Source: Myxococcota bacterium (GTDB taxonomy: Bacteria > Myxococcota_A > Polyangia > Nannocystales > Nannocystaceae). Taken from it: DNA of 64,000 nucleotides. Under the pieces are notes generated by a model. The model did no database searches, was not told where the DNA came from, and was given only the letters and a program-made list of their open reading frames with translations. The translations under genes and the position numbers were made by a program. The stretch covers positions 1 to 64,000 of the forward strand of contig JBCCHT010000016.1 in the NCBI GenBank assembly GCA_039028615.1, given 5' to 3'. The first letter of the stretch is position 1; each line of letters opens with the position of its first letter. Shown piece by piece: positions 1 through 9,863 of this stretch.

Positions 1-90
1 CCCCTGTACCGTGGGGGGCGGCGCTCCCCCGCGGGGCCCACTACTTCCGGGGGTCTTGCCCCCCCGAACCGGGCCAAGACCCGGGGTGAC

Positions 91-438
91 CTAGCCGAAG
101 ATTTCTTCGAACATGTCCTCGTTGAAGCCGACGAGAACGGTCTTGCCCACGCGAATGGTCGGGGCCCGGAGATTACCGGTGGGTCCCAACATGGCGTCGA
201 CGGCCTCGGCCGCGACGGGTCCCTTCAGCGTCCACCTCGAGACCTTCTTGCCCTTGGCCACGAGCAGCAGCGAGCTTGCCTTGGCGATGGCCTCGGCATC
301 GTCGCGGCCGAGCTTGCGGCTGGCGGACACGGTCTCGGTGGCGTGGAGGTCGTTTGCGTCCATGAACTTGGACGCTCGTTTGCACCCCGTTCAACCGGAG
401 CGGTGGTAGTGCCAATCGATGGTCTTGGGATGAGTCAT
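91..438 (-). CDS. ArsC/Spx-family thioredoxin-fold protein, predicted selenoprotein (UxxC; in-frame UGA at 391-393)
   Basis: The ORF-track frame 91..363 continues upstream through one TGA to an ATG at 438, giving MTHPKTIDWHYHRSG-U-TGCKRASKF. The C-terminal GNLRAPTIRVGKTVLVGF is typical of ArsC/Spx proteins, and the TGA occupies the first Cys position of CxxC. Confidence 0.85.
356..375 (-). promoter_or_regulatory. Putative bacterial SECIS hairpin
   Basis: The mRNA reads GCGUCCA-AGUUCA-UGGACGC: a 7-bp perfect stem starting 16 nt after the UGA, with G at the second loop position. Confidence 0.7.
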
Positions 439-605
439 CTGGTGAGCTGGATAGCGAACCGAAGGCTCGGTCGCAATCGCTCGCCCAGATCGCCGAACGG
501 ACCGGTTCGGCTGGCCCTGACGCCGAGATCTTCGCTCCTTTGCTGACACGATGCTGTCAGGAGGGCTCTGATATATCGGCGCCCGACCCGGTGGGGCGTC
601 GCATC

Positions 606-1748
606 ATGGCCGAACAGACCGAACTCAAGCACCGCGTTTCGAAGGCCAGCATTCGGACACTGGCTGCGCACCTGCGGGCCTTCGACCCCGAGTTCCCCCG
701 CGCTCGTTTCGTGCGGCGTGCCACCCGAGGCCTCGAGCCGCTCGAGCTCAAGGCGCGGATCGGGCACGTGGCGGAGGCCCTGGCCGCATGCTTGCCCCCG
801 TCGTTTCCGCAGGCGGCGGAGGTCATCGACGGGGCCAACGCGCAGGCGCTGGCGGCCCATGGCCCCTCGGAGCGAGACATCCACCATGGGCTCGCCGACT
901 CGGCGTTCCTGTTCTGGCCGCTGTGCACCTACGTGGAGCGCCACGGGCTCGAGCATCTCGATCGTGCGCTGCAGACGATGCACGGGCTGACGCCGCTGGC
1001 CAGCTGCGAGTTCGCGATTCGGCCCTACATCGAGCAGGACTCGAAGCGGGTGTTTACGGTGCTGCGGCGCTGGGTGAAGGACCCCGATCTGCACGTGCGT
1101 CGGCTGGTCAGCGAAGGCACGCGCCCGCGGCTGCCGTGGGGCTCTCGGCTGCGCGCGCTGCAGGCCGACCCCACGCCCTCGGTGCGGCTGCTCGATGCGC
1201 TCTTCGACGACGACGAGCTGTACGTGCGGCGCTCGGTCGCCAACCATCTCAACGACATCAGCAAGGATCACCCGCAGCGGGCGGTGGAGATCGCGGCGCG
1301 CTGGCAGCAGCGCAACGGGAGCGACGAGGTCGCGTGGGTGATCCGCCATGCGCTGCGCGGCTTGATCAAGCAGGGGGACCCGGACGCACTGGCGCTGGTG
1401 GGGATCGGGCGGCCGCGCGTGGAGGTCACCCGCTTTTCGGTGTCACCGTCGCGGCTGACCTTTGGCACCGCGCTCGAGCTTTGCGTGGAGCTCCGCGCCA
1501 AGGCGGGGCAGGACCTGCTCATCGACTATGCGGTGCACCACATGAAGGCCAACGGCACCTTGTCGCCCAAGGTCTTCAAGTGGACGCGGCGCAGCGCGGC
1601 CAAGGGCGAGAGCCTCACGCTCGACAAGCGTCACGCCTTTCGCACCATTTCGACGCGGCGCTATCACGCGGGCGAGCATCGAGTGGAATTGTTGGTCAAC
1701 GGGCGCAGCCTCGGCATGCAGTCGTTCGAATTGGTGGATGTACCTTGA
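606..1748 (+). CDS. DNA alkylation repair protein (AlkC-like HEAT-repeat glycosylase with C-terminal Ig-like domain)
   Basis: Motifs RRLVSEGTRPRLPWG and LYVRRSVANHLNDISKDHP, C-terminal TRRYHAGEHRVELLVNG. Start moved to ATG 606. Confidence 0.85.
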   Translation: MAEQTELKHRVSKASIRTLAAHLRAFDPEFPRARFVRRATRGLEPLELKARIGHVAEALAACLPPSFPQAAEVIDGANAQALAAHGPSERDIHHGLADSAFLFWPLCTYVERHGLEHLDRALQTMHGLTPLASCEFAIRPYIEQDSKRVFTVLRRWVKDPDLHVRRLVSEGTRPRLPWGSRLRALQADPTPSVRLLDALFDDDELYVRRSVANHLNDISKDHPQRAVEIAARWQQRNGSDEVAWVIRHALRGLIKQGDPDALALVGIGRPRVEVTRFSVSPSRLTFGTALELCVELRAKAGQDLLIDYAVHHMKANGTLSPKVFKWTRRSAAKGESLTLDKRHAFRTISTRRYHAGEHRVELLVNGRSLGMQSFELVDVP

Positions 1749-1932
1749 GGTCCAGCCGTATCCGCCCGTGTACTACGTGTGGGAGAACGAGAAACCCCGA
1801 CGCCACCTGCCCCCGAAGGCCGTGCGATTCACCTCGGGGACCTGATCCGAATCACACCCGAACGGCCGAATTGCTCGACATTTGACGCAGTTCTTGGGAG
1901 CCTTGAAGGCGTCTGGGATGTGGGAGATGACG

Positions 1933-3282
1933 ATGCGGAACGGTTTGATTGTGAGCACGGCGCTGCTGCTGTGTGCGTGCGGCGGCGAGGATGGGCGACC
2001 CGACGACTCCGGGGGTGATGGGGGTGGCTTGAACACGCTCTCCGACAGTGCCTCGGGGAGCAGCGGAGCCTCGGGCGACGGGGCGACCGGAGTCATGAGT
2101 GCGGAAGGAACCGGCAATGCATCGGCCGACGAGTCCGGCACCGGCTCCAACAACAGCGGTGGACTGCCGTCGTTCGACGTGGGCTCACCCGACGGTGGCT
2201 CCGCGTGTGGCGGGGGCAAGGGCGGAGGCGAGGGGGCGTTCTCGTATATCTGGATCGCCAACAGCAGCCAGGGCACGGTCTCCAAGATCAACACCCAGAC
2301 GATGGGCGAGGAAGGGCGCTATATCGTCAAGCCCAACTCGGCGGGCAGCCCTTCGCGGACCTCGGTGTCGCTGTCGGGCGACGTGGCGGTGGCCAACCGC
2401 AACGGCGGCGTGGCCAAGATCTACGCCAACCACGACGACTGCCCCGAGACCAATGCCATCCCCGGGCTGCAGACCTCCACCGACGCCAACTTCCTGGCGT
2501 GGGGCGAGGACGAGTGCGTGGCCTGGTACACCGACCTCGCGTACAGCTCCAACCGGCCCATGGCGTGGGCACAGGGCGAGTTCAACAACGCCACCTGCAC
2601 CTACGACAACGAGAAGCTGTGGACGGCGGGCGCCAACGGAGTGGGGAGCACCCAGGTGCTGCTGCTCGACGGCGAGACCGGCGTGGTCGAGCAGACGATC
2701 AACATCCCCGAGGTCACCAGCTCGATCGGCCTGTATGGCGGCGCGGTCGATGGCGACGGGCACTTTTGGGGGATCGACACCGGCATCGGCACGCGGCAGA
2801 TCATTCGGGTCGACCGCGACACCTTCAACTACGAGGTCTACCCCGGGCCTGGCCTGGGCTACGGCATCTCGGTCGACTCGGTGGGGCGCCCCTGGTTCTG
2901 TGCCGGAGGCGGAGCCTCGCGCTTCGACCCGATTCTCCATACCTGGCAGACGACGCCCAGCCCGGGCGGCAATGCCTGGGGCGGCTGCATGACCGACGGC
3001 GCGGGCACCCTGTGGCACTGCCGCCAGCTCGACTCGCACCTCATCGGCATCGACACCGAGACGCTGAACGTGGTGCAGGACATCCCGCTGCCCGCCTACG
3101 CCCACGGCATCAGCGTCGACTTCGACGGCAATGTGTGGGCGGTGGGCTTCAACAGCAGCCAGGCCTTCCGCGTCGACCCGGCCACGGGCACGATCGATAC
3201 GTTCAGCAACCTCGTCGGGGCCTACTCGTATAGCGACATGACCGGGTTCGGTCTCAGCAGCGCGGGCGTCCCCAGCGGCTGA
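1933..3282 (+). CDS. Lipoprotein with beta-propeller (Vgb/NHL-like) domain
   Basis: Lipobox LLCAC, S/G/D-rich linker, then IWIANS, SPSRTSV and YSYSDMTG motifs. GGGAG lies before ATG 1933. Paralogous to 45116..46564. Confidence 0.8.
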   Translation: MRNGLIVSTALLLCACGGEDGRPDDSGGDGGGLNTLSDSASGSSGASGDGATGVMSAEGTGNASADESGTGSNNSGGLPSFDVGSPDGGSACGGGKGGGEGAFSYIWIANSSQGTVSKINTQTMGEEGRYIVKPNSAGSPSRTSVSLSGDVAVANRNGGVAKIYANHDDCPETNAIPGLQTSTDANFLAWGEDECVAWYTDLAYSSNRPMAWAQGEFNNATCTYDNEKLWTAGANGVGSTQVLLLDGETGVVEQTINIPEVTSSIGLYGGAVDGDGHFWGIDTGIGTRQIIRVDRDTFNYEVYPGPGLGYGISVDSVGRPWFCAGGGASRFDPILHTWQTTPSPGGNAWGGCMTDGAGTLWHCRQLDSHLIGIDTETLNVVQDIPLPAYAHGISVDFDGNVWAVGFNSSQAFRVDPATGTIDTFSNLVGAYSYSDMTGFGLSSAGVPSG

Positions 3283-3285
3283 TCG

Positions 3286-4257
3286 CTACGGGAAGCGCAG
3301 CGAGTCGACGAATCCGTCCGCCCACGGGGCTTCCCGTCCCGAGGGCGCGTACACGGCCGCCTGCACGAGGGTGTTGCCTTCGTGCACCAGGCGGATCGTG
3401 GCGTACATGCCATCGCGAGCGCGCAGCTCCACCCTCCGACTGGGACAGCCGCCGAAGGGGCGAGGGTCGAGCTCCACCAGCTCGGCGCCGATGCTGCGCC
3501 GCATCTCGGTCACCGAGCCATCGAGCGATTGTTCGTGGTCGGAGACGAGCACGAGGTTGGTGCTGTGGACCCCGAACTGATGTCCATCGAGCACGCCGCG
3601 GTGACCTTCGAGCGGAGGGATGCCGCTGGTGTCGAGCCAGGCGCCCATGCGGGCGGGGGCCTGCACGGTGAGGCCGCCGTCTCGTAGGGGCTCGGCGCGA
3701 GGCTTGGCGCGCACGGCCAGCGACTTCATGAAGCGCTGGGTGTCGACCTTCGGGGGCTCGCCCGACACCTCCACCAGATAGAGGGTCTGCTCGCGGAGCA
3801 GGGCCCCGATCTCGACGATGCCGACCGGCATGCGCACGGACAGGCGCAGTCCATCGCCTCGCCAGGCTTCGTTGCGGAGGACCTCGCCGTCGCGCTCGAG
3901 GCCTTGGACCAGGTCGGCGAGTGAATCGGGGGGCGGCTCGAAGATCGCGGTGACGTTGAAGCTCGCGCCGTTGCGCTCGGCCACCAGGGCCCGTTGCTGG
4001 GGCTGGCCGCTGGGGCCCGGAGCGGACGACGCGGAGCGGGGCAGCGAGGGCATGGCGACCTCGACTCGCAGGCGCGTGTCGGTGACCCAGACCCAGTCCT
4101 TGGGGAAGGCGTCGGGAGAAGGGGGGTCGGCCGTCTCGGCGGGGGGCTCGACCGCGGGGGTCGGCGCGTCGGGCTTGGGGCTCGCGCCGTCCGATTTTTC
4201 GGTGCAGCCGGCTGCGGCGAGAGCCATCACCACGAGCAATCCTCGGAAGCGGCCCAT
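3286..4257 (-). CDS. Hypothetical lipoprotein
   Basis: MGRFRGLLVVMALAAAGC signal/lipobox followed by a Pro-rich linker. Start revised to 4257. Confidence 0.7.
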   Translation of the reverse strand: MGRFRGLLVVMALAAAGCTEKSDGASPKPDAPTPAVEPPAETADPPSPDAFPKDWVWVTDTRLRVEVAMPSLPRSASSAPGPSGQPQQRALVAERNGASFNVTAIFEPPPDSLADLVQGLERDGEVLRNEAWRGDGLRLSVRMPVGIVEIGALLREQTLYLVEVSGEPPKVDTQRFMKSLAVRAKPRAEPLRDGGLTVQAPARMGAWLDTSGIPPLEGHRGVLDGHQFGVHSTNLVLVSDHEQSLDGSVTEMRRSIGAELVELDPRPFGGCPSRRVELRARDGMYATIRLVHEGNTLVQAAVYAPSGREAPWADGFVDSLRFP

Positions 4258-4357
4258 GCCTCGCCCACCGTACCACCGGCTCGCGATTGCCCCGGCCCGA
4301 AAAATCTTCTCGCCGAGTTTTGACTCGCGGCGGACCGGCCCTACCATGGAGGGCGAA

Positions 4358-4999
4358 ATGCGTTGGTCCTTCGCTCTCGGCTTCGTCTCGATTCTGTGGA
4401 CCAGTGCCTGCTTCGAAGACGCACCGCCAGCGCCGCCCATGATGGATGGGGGCAATGCGGACACCAGCGAGTCCGACTGCTCCCCGGGGGCCGAGGGCTG
4501 CGAGTGTCTCGAGGGCGAGTGCGTGGGCGAGCTGAGCTGCTTGTCCAACGTCTGCGTCGATGCCAGCGCGACCGGCGTGGCCACCACCACCGCGGACGAA
4601 GGCACGGGCGAAGAGTCGGACACGGGCAGCGTCGACGAAGGCCCGGCCGAAACGGGCTCGCCCACGACCGGCGGCACCCTGCCCGTGGACGCGCCCTGTA
4701 ACCCCACCGACGATCAGTGTGCACCCGGGTTGACCTGCAACTCGCCGGGCCTCGATGGCTTCGTCTGCGCCGAGCCGGGACCGACGGCGGCCAATGAGCC
4801 CTGCGGCGACACCACGTGCTCGACGGGGCTCATCTGCTACGACTCGGAGACCTTCGATTGCGGCGGCATCGGCTGCTGCACGGGCTTTTGCGACGTGGAC
4901 TCGCCCGACGGGTGGTGCCCGGCTGGCTTCAGCTGCGAGGCCTTCTATCCCGGGGCCAAGGCGCCTCCGGGGTACGAGCACGTCGGCGTCTGTGTCTGA
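4358..4999 (+). CDS. Cys-rich myxobacterial lipoprotein
   Basis: GGAGG before ATG 4358, lipobox WTSAC, Cys-rich modules (CSPGAEGCEC, GCCTGFCD). Confidence 0.75.
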   Translation: MRWSFALGFVSILWTSACFEDAPPAPPMMDGGNADTSESDCSPGAEGCECLEGECVGELSCLSNVCVDASATGVATTTADEGTGEESDTGSVDEGPAETGSPTTGGTLPVDAPCNPTDDQCAPGLTCNSPGLDGFVCAEPGPTAANEPCGDTTCSTGLICYDSETFDCGGIGCCTGFCDVDSPDGWCPAGFSCEAFYPGAKAPPGYEHVGVCV

Positions 5000-5015
5000 G
5001 TCGTCGCGCGGGCGG

Positions 5016-5642
5016 CTACATCTCGGTGACTTCGAACTCGTCGCTCTCGACCGGCTCGTTGCCGCCTTCTTGGGCGGCAACGATGTGCGTACCGACGTTC
5101 TGCGCCAGTACGCCCGCGCACCAGCTGACCTCCATGGGCCCGCTGCCCGCCGCCAGGGTGACGACGCAGGAGAAGCTCTCGACCAGCTCGCCGAGGTCGG
5201 GCCCGGTCATGAGGTCGGAGATGATTTCGGTGCGGGCCTCGGTCTCACCCGGGTTCTCCATCACGTAGGAGCCGCGGATCTCCTCGACGAGCGTGTAGAC
5301 GGCCTTGGCGAGCTGAACGGCGGTGAGGGCGACGGCCAGGGTGGTGACCGGGTCACCGCAGCCGGAGCTCCCGCTCCCTGCGCCGAGCAACGTGCCTCCG
5401 GCAAGCGCTCCGCTGCCCTGCAGAAAACCACGTCGTCCGACACGGGGCACCGAGGTTCGTCGTTCGATCGCCGCGGCACGTCGTTCGATGCGGTCTCGGA
5501 CCTCCGCGTGGGAGAGCGGGCGAACGGTGCACGGGATGACTCGACGGGTGACGGTGTTCACGGGATCGCTCGGCGGGTTCGATAACGAGAAGGCTACGGC
5601 GACGATCATAGCCGACGGAACTCGTGAAACGAAAGACGGCAC
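5016..5642 (-). CDS. Hypothetical protein, probable Tat-exported lipoprotein (start uncertain)
   Basis: Twin-arginine motif GRRGFLQG, then a hydrophobic stretch and SSGC. The true start is probably downstream of 5642. Confidence 0.55.
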   Translation of the reverse strand: MPSFVSRVPSAMIVAVAFSLSNPPSDPVNTVTRRVIPCTVRPLSHAEVRDRIERRAAAIERRTSVPRVGRRGFLQGSGALAGGTLLGAGSGSSGCGDPVTTLAVALTAVQLAKAVYTLVEEIRGSYVMENPGETEARTEIISDLMTGPDLGELVESFSCVVTLAAGSGPMEVSWCAGVLAQNVGTHIVAAQEGGNEPVESDEFEVTEM

Positions 5643-5722
5643 CGCTTACTCGTTGTCGTACCGCGGTCCGCACGGCCGTTTTGTGTCCCGCCGTTGGCTC
5701 GGCGGTGGCATTCTGATTGGTG

Positions 5723-7804
5723 ATGCGGAAGCGAGCGATGTTTACAGGCCTACGGGCGGCCTCGTTGGGGGGGCTGCTGGTGGGATTGCCCCTAGTGGGC
5801 TGTGGTGATGACGGGTCTACGCCAGCGGATACCGACGGGGCGACGACGACGTCGACCACGGCGGGGGAGGAGACGGGCACGACGGAGCAGGCGGACAGCA
5901 GCAGCGGGGACATGGTCGAAGAACCACCGCCCGAGGTCGACTGGGTCGAACTCGATTGTGACTCGCTGGTGCCCGACTTCTGCATGTTCCCGTTTCCATC
6001 GAATGTGCAGACCACGGCGGACGCCGACACGAGTACCGGTCGTCGGGTGGACTTCTCGGTGGAGTCGATGCCGACCAGCTACTATGACGTGACCGCGGAC
6101 CCGCGCGCGTGGGATCGCGGCGACGGGTTCTCGACCGGCGTCACCATGATGGCGCACCTGCCCGGCGCGACCTCGGCCGGGTTGCCCTCGGTGCACGACG
6201 TCGAAGCGTCGCTGGCCGAAGACTCGCCCACGATCGTGCTCGATGCGGAGACCGGCGAGCGAGTGGCTCACTTTGCCGAACTCGACGCGGTGACCGACGA
6301 CGACGAGCGCCGCACGTTCCTCATCCGCCCCGCCCAGCGACTGGAGAGCGGGCGGCGCTACATCGTGGCCATTCGCGGCGTGGTCGATGCCGCGGGGGAG
6401 CCCCTGGCGGCCTCGGAGGCCTTTGCCGCGCTGCGTGATCTCCAGCCCAGCGACGATGCGTCCGTCGACGAGCGCCGGGCACTGTACGCCGACATCTTCT
6501 CGCGCCTACGCGACGCGGGTGTCGAGCGCTCCGAGCTCCAGCTCGCCTGGGACTTCACCACCGAGAGCAGCAACAGCAGCGCAGGGTGGATCGTGCACAT
6601 GCGGGACGTGGCCCTGGAGATGACGGGGGACGCGGCCAACTTCGAGATCACCAGCGTCGAGGAGGACTTCGATCCTCGCGTCGCCTACCGCATCCGCGGG
6701 CAGTTCGAGGTGCCCTTGTTCCTCGACGTGCCCGGCCCGGTCTCGGTCATGAACCTCGGTGACGACGGCTTACCCGCGGTCAACGGCACGGCGATGTTCG
6801 ACTTCACCCTCCTCATCCCCGCCAGCGCGTCGATGCAGCCCGCGGCGCTGTTGCAGTTCGGGCACGGGTTCCTGGGCGGGCAGGGCGAGATCGAGAGAGA
6901 CAGCCTGATCGATTTCGCCGACGCCAACGGCTACGCCCTGTTCGCCTGCGACTGGATCGGCCTGTCCGACCCCGACGAGGCCTTCCTCGGCGCGATTCTC
7001 GACAGCGGGCGCATCGAGGAGTTCGGCGGGGTCTTCGCGCGAACCATGCAGGCCACCATCAACGCGCTGGTGCTCAACCGCGTGGTGGCCAACGGAATCG
7101 CAGCCGACCCGATCTACGCCGATCTCCTCGACGCGGACTCGCGCTACTACTACGGCATCAGCCTGGGCGGGATCTTGGGCACGCTGTACATGAGCCTGTC
7201 CACCGACGTGCAGCGCGGCGTGGTCGACGTGATGGGGGCGCCCTTCGGCATGGTCATCAGCCGGAGCCGCCAGTTCGATGCGTTCATGGCCATCGCCAGC
7301 GCCACGTACCAGGACCCGCGCGATGTGCAGCTGTTCCTGTCCTTGGCGCAGCTTCTGTGGGATCCGGGCGACCCGAACTCGTTGTTGCCCAACCTGCGGG
7401 AGGAGCCGCTGTCGGGCAGCGAGTCGCACGACCTGTTGATGCGGGCCGCGTTGGGCGACCACTCCGTGCCCAACGCCGCGGCGCTGTACCTGGCGCGAAG
7501 CCTGGGCGCCCCACACGTGGACACTGGGTTGCGGAGCGTGTGGGGGCTCGACTCGGCGACCGACGCCACCGGGTTGGCCTACGTCGAGTATGACTTCGGC
7601 TTGCCCGAGGATCCCGCGTGCAACCTGCCGCAGCGGGCGTGCAACGATCCGCACGGTGGCCTGCGTGGACTCGCGCCCGCCGACGCCCAGCTCGATCGGT
7701 TCTTGCGCGAAGGGACCGTCGGTAACTCTTGCGACGGTGCGTGTAGTTTCCCCGATGTGGGCGCTTGTAGCGGGGATCCGCCCGCCGACGCGTGCGTCCC
7801 CTGA
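5723..7804 (+). CDS. Lipoprotein with alpha/beta-hydrolase (lipase-like) domain
   Basis: Lipobox LVGC, PFPSN and DGFS N-terminal motifs, FGHGFLG, nucleophile elbow GISLGG, DHSVPN, DPH. Confidence 0.75.
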   Translation: MRKRAMFTGLRAASLGGLLVGLPLVGCGDDGSTPADTDGATTTSTTAGEETGTTEQADSSSGDMVEEPPPEVDWVELDCDSLVPDFCMFPFPSNVQTTADADTSTGRRVDFSVESMPTSYYDVTADPRAWDRGDGFSTGVTMMAHLPGATSAGLPSVHDVEASLAEDSPTIVLDAETGERVAHFAELDAVTDDDERRTFLIRPAQRLESGRRYIVAIRGVVDAAGEPLAASEAFAALRDLQPSDDASVDERRALYADIFSRLRDAGVERSELQLAWDFTTESSNSSAGWIVHMRDVALEMTGDAANFEITSVEEDFDPRVAYRIRGQFEVPLFLDVPGPVSVMNLGDDGLPAVNGTAMFDFTLLIPASASMQPAALLQFGHGFLGGQGEIERDSLIDFADANGYALFACDWIGLSDPDEAFLGAILDSGRIEEFGGVFARTMQATINALVLNRVVANGIAADPIYADLLDADSRYYYGISLGGILGTLYMSLSTDVQRGVVDVMGAPFGMVISRSRQFDAFMAIASATYQDPRDVQLFLSLAQLLWDPGDPNSLLPNLREEPLSGSESHDLLMRAALGDHSVPNAAALYLARSLGAPHVDTGLRSVWGLDSATDATGLAYVEYDFGLPEDPACNLPQRACNDPHGGLRGLAPADAQLDRFLREGTVGNSCDGACSFPDVGACSGDPPADACVP

Positions 7805-7936
7805 ATCGCGTTCGACCCGTGACGGGCATGCATCCGTCTCGCATGCGAGGCGAGTGTGCGGCGCCCCACGTGCGCCGACTCGGCTCCGTAGCAATGCCCA
7901 CCAACATCGGCGGAGTCGGTCGGTTACCCTCGTGTC

Positions 7937-9697
7937 GTGAGAAGCTTCGACGAGGTCGCCGGTTTCATCCGTCAAAACGAGGTGGGTCGTCGGGCCTGCG
8001 TCGAGACTCCGTTCGGGCGCCGGCTGATGTTCTATGCCGACCTGACCGCGACGGGGCGCTACCTGCACTTCGTGGAGCGCTGGATTCAGCGAATCCGGCC
8101 GTTTTACGCCAATACCCACACCGCGGTCTCGTCCACGGGTCGCATCACCACCGCGCTCCGCGAGAAGGCCCGCGAGGTCGTGGCGCGAGCGGTGCGGGCA
8201 GCGGACGACGACGTGGTGCTCTTTTGTGGCTCGGGCGCGACCGCGGCCGTGAACAAGCTGGTGGGGCTGTTGGGGCTGCGCATCGACGAGCCGCTCGAGC
8301 TGCAGTACGGCCTGTCCAAGCATGTGCCGCCCGAGGAGCGCCCGGTGGTGTTCATCGGGCCCTACGAGCATCACTCCAACGAGCTGCCCTGGGTGGAGTC
8401 CATCGCCGACGTGGTCGAGATCGATCTCGACGAGGCGGGGCGCATCGACCTCGAGGACCTGCAGCGCAAGCTCTTCGCCCACGGCGACCGCCCGCTGAAG
8501 ATCGGCAGCTTCTCCGCCGCGTCCAACGTGACCGGGGTGCTCAGCGACGTGGCCGCGGTCGCCCGCATCTTGCACCGCGGAGGGGCCTATGCGTGCTTCG
8601 ACTACGCGGCGGCCGGGCCCTACGTGCCCATCGACATGCATCCGGCCGATCCCGAGGCCCGCATCGACGCCCTGTACATCTCGACCCACAAGTTCGTGGG
8701 TGGCCCGCAGGCGTCGGGGCTGTTGGTCGCCAACGAAGCCTTGTTCCGTACCCGTCGTCCCGAGCGACCGGGCGGCGGCACGGTGCACTACGTGGCGGGC
8801 TCGGGGAAGGACGCCATCGACTACGTCGAGCGCCTCGACGAGCGTGAAGAGGGGGGCACCCCCGCCATCATCGGTGACGTGCGGGCGGGCACGGCCTTCC
8901 TCGTGCAGGAGATGATCGGCGCGGAGCGGATTCGGGAGCACGAGATCCTGCTGGCCCGGCGCGCGCTCGAGCGACTCGCCAAGCACCCGCGCATCAAGCT
9001 TCTGGGGCCGCAGGACATCGACCGGCTGGCGATCCTCTCGTTCAACATCGTCGATCTGCACCACGACCTGGTGTCGGCCCTGCTCGACCACCTGTTCGGC
9101 ATCCAGAACCGGGCGGGGTGTTCGTGTGCGGGCCCCTACGGGCACCGCTTGCTCGACATCGACCGCGAGACCTCCGAGACCTTCCGCAAGCTCATTCGGC
9201 GCGGGGTCGATGGCATCAAGCCGGGCTGGGTGCGGGTCACGGTGCCCTTTTACGCGACCGAGGCCGACGTCGAGTTCTTGCTCTCCGCCATCGAGTTCGT
9301 GGCCGATCACGGCCGCAACTTCGTGCCGCGCTATCGCCTGAGCTGGCGCGATGGCGTGTGGCGCCACGTGGAGCGGCCGGCCCCGGACATCGAGCCCATC
9401 GAGCTGACCGTCGAGGCCCTCGAAGAAGCCGCCCAGAGCTTCGCCGCCGGAGACCACGAAGCGCCGATGTCCGATCTGCAGGTGCTCGGCGAGCGGGCGC
9501 GGTACTTCGAGGAAGCCCGCGACTTGGCCCGGCGTCTCGATGATCGCTGGCGTCGAGAGCCGCCGGTGTGGAACACGGGTAGCGGCGACTCGCGGGTCGA
9601 CGACCTGGTGTGGTTCGACTACGTGCACAGCCACGACCTGCCCATCGAGTCCCTCGAGGGCGACGAAGTCGAGCAGTCCGGCGCCGTCGCCGAATAG
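7937..9697 (+). CDS. Class V PLP-dependent aminotransferase / cysteine desulfurase-like enzyme
   Basis: YADLTATG, YANTHT, EHHSNELPW, AASNVTG, STHKFVGGP (PLP Lys), EEGGTP, RAGCSCAGPYG. Confidence 0.9.
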   Translation: MRSFDEVAGFIRQNEVGRRACVETPFGRRLMFYADLTATGRYLHFVERWIQRIRPFYANTHTAVSSTGRITTALREKAREVVARAVRAADDDVVLFCGSGATAAVNKLVGLLGLRIDEPLELQYGLSKHVPPEERPVVFIGPYEHHSNELPWVESIADVVEIDLDEAGRIDLEDLQRKLFAHGDRPLKIGSFSAASNVTGVLSDVAAVARILHRGGAYACFDYAAAGPYVPIDMHPADPEARIDALYISTHKFVGGPQASGLLVANEALFRTRRPERPGGGTVHYVAGSGKDAIDYVERLDEREEGGTPAIIGDVRAGTAFLVQEMIGAERIREHEILLARRALERLAKHPRIKLLGPQDIDRLAILSFNIVDLHHDLVSALLDHLFGIQNRAGCSCAGPYGHRLLDIDRETSETFRKLIRRGVDGIKPGWVRVTVPFYATEADVEFLLSAIEFVADHGRNFVPRYRLSWRDGVWRHVERPAPDIEPIELTVEALEEAAQSFAAGDHEAPMSDLQVLGERARYFEEARDLARRLDDRWRREPPVWNTGSGDSRVDDLVWFDYVHSHDLPIESLEGDEVEQSGAVAE

Positions 9698-9863
9698 GTT
9701 CGTTCGACTCGGCGCCAGTCGAGCGAATGGCCTTCGCCGCGGGTCGGAACCCAGGTTACTCGGCGAACACGAAATGAAACGGGTCCCCCGAGCCGATGGG
9801 GGCCGATCACCCCGCGGCGGCACACCATCGCGGTCGGGCGTGACGTCCTGTACCGTGATGTGG

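Noticed and set aside
7819..7850. GTGACGGG-N12-TCGCATGCGAG as a further ECF type B promoter
   Set aside because: The -35-like box matches but the -10 box matches poorly, and the site is about 90 bp from the next start.
7937..9697. Class V enzyme as a selenocysteine lyase linked to the selenoprotein
   Set aside because: It is 7.5 kb away with unrelated genes in between, and nothing in the sequence indicates selenium specificity.
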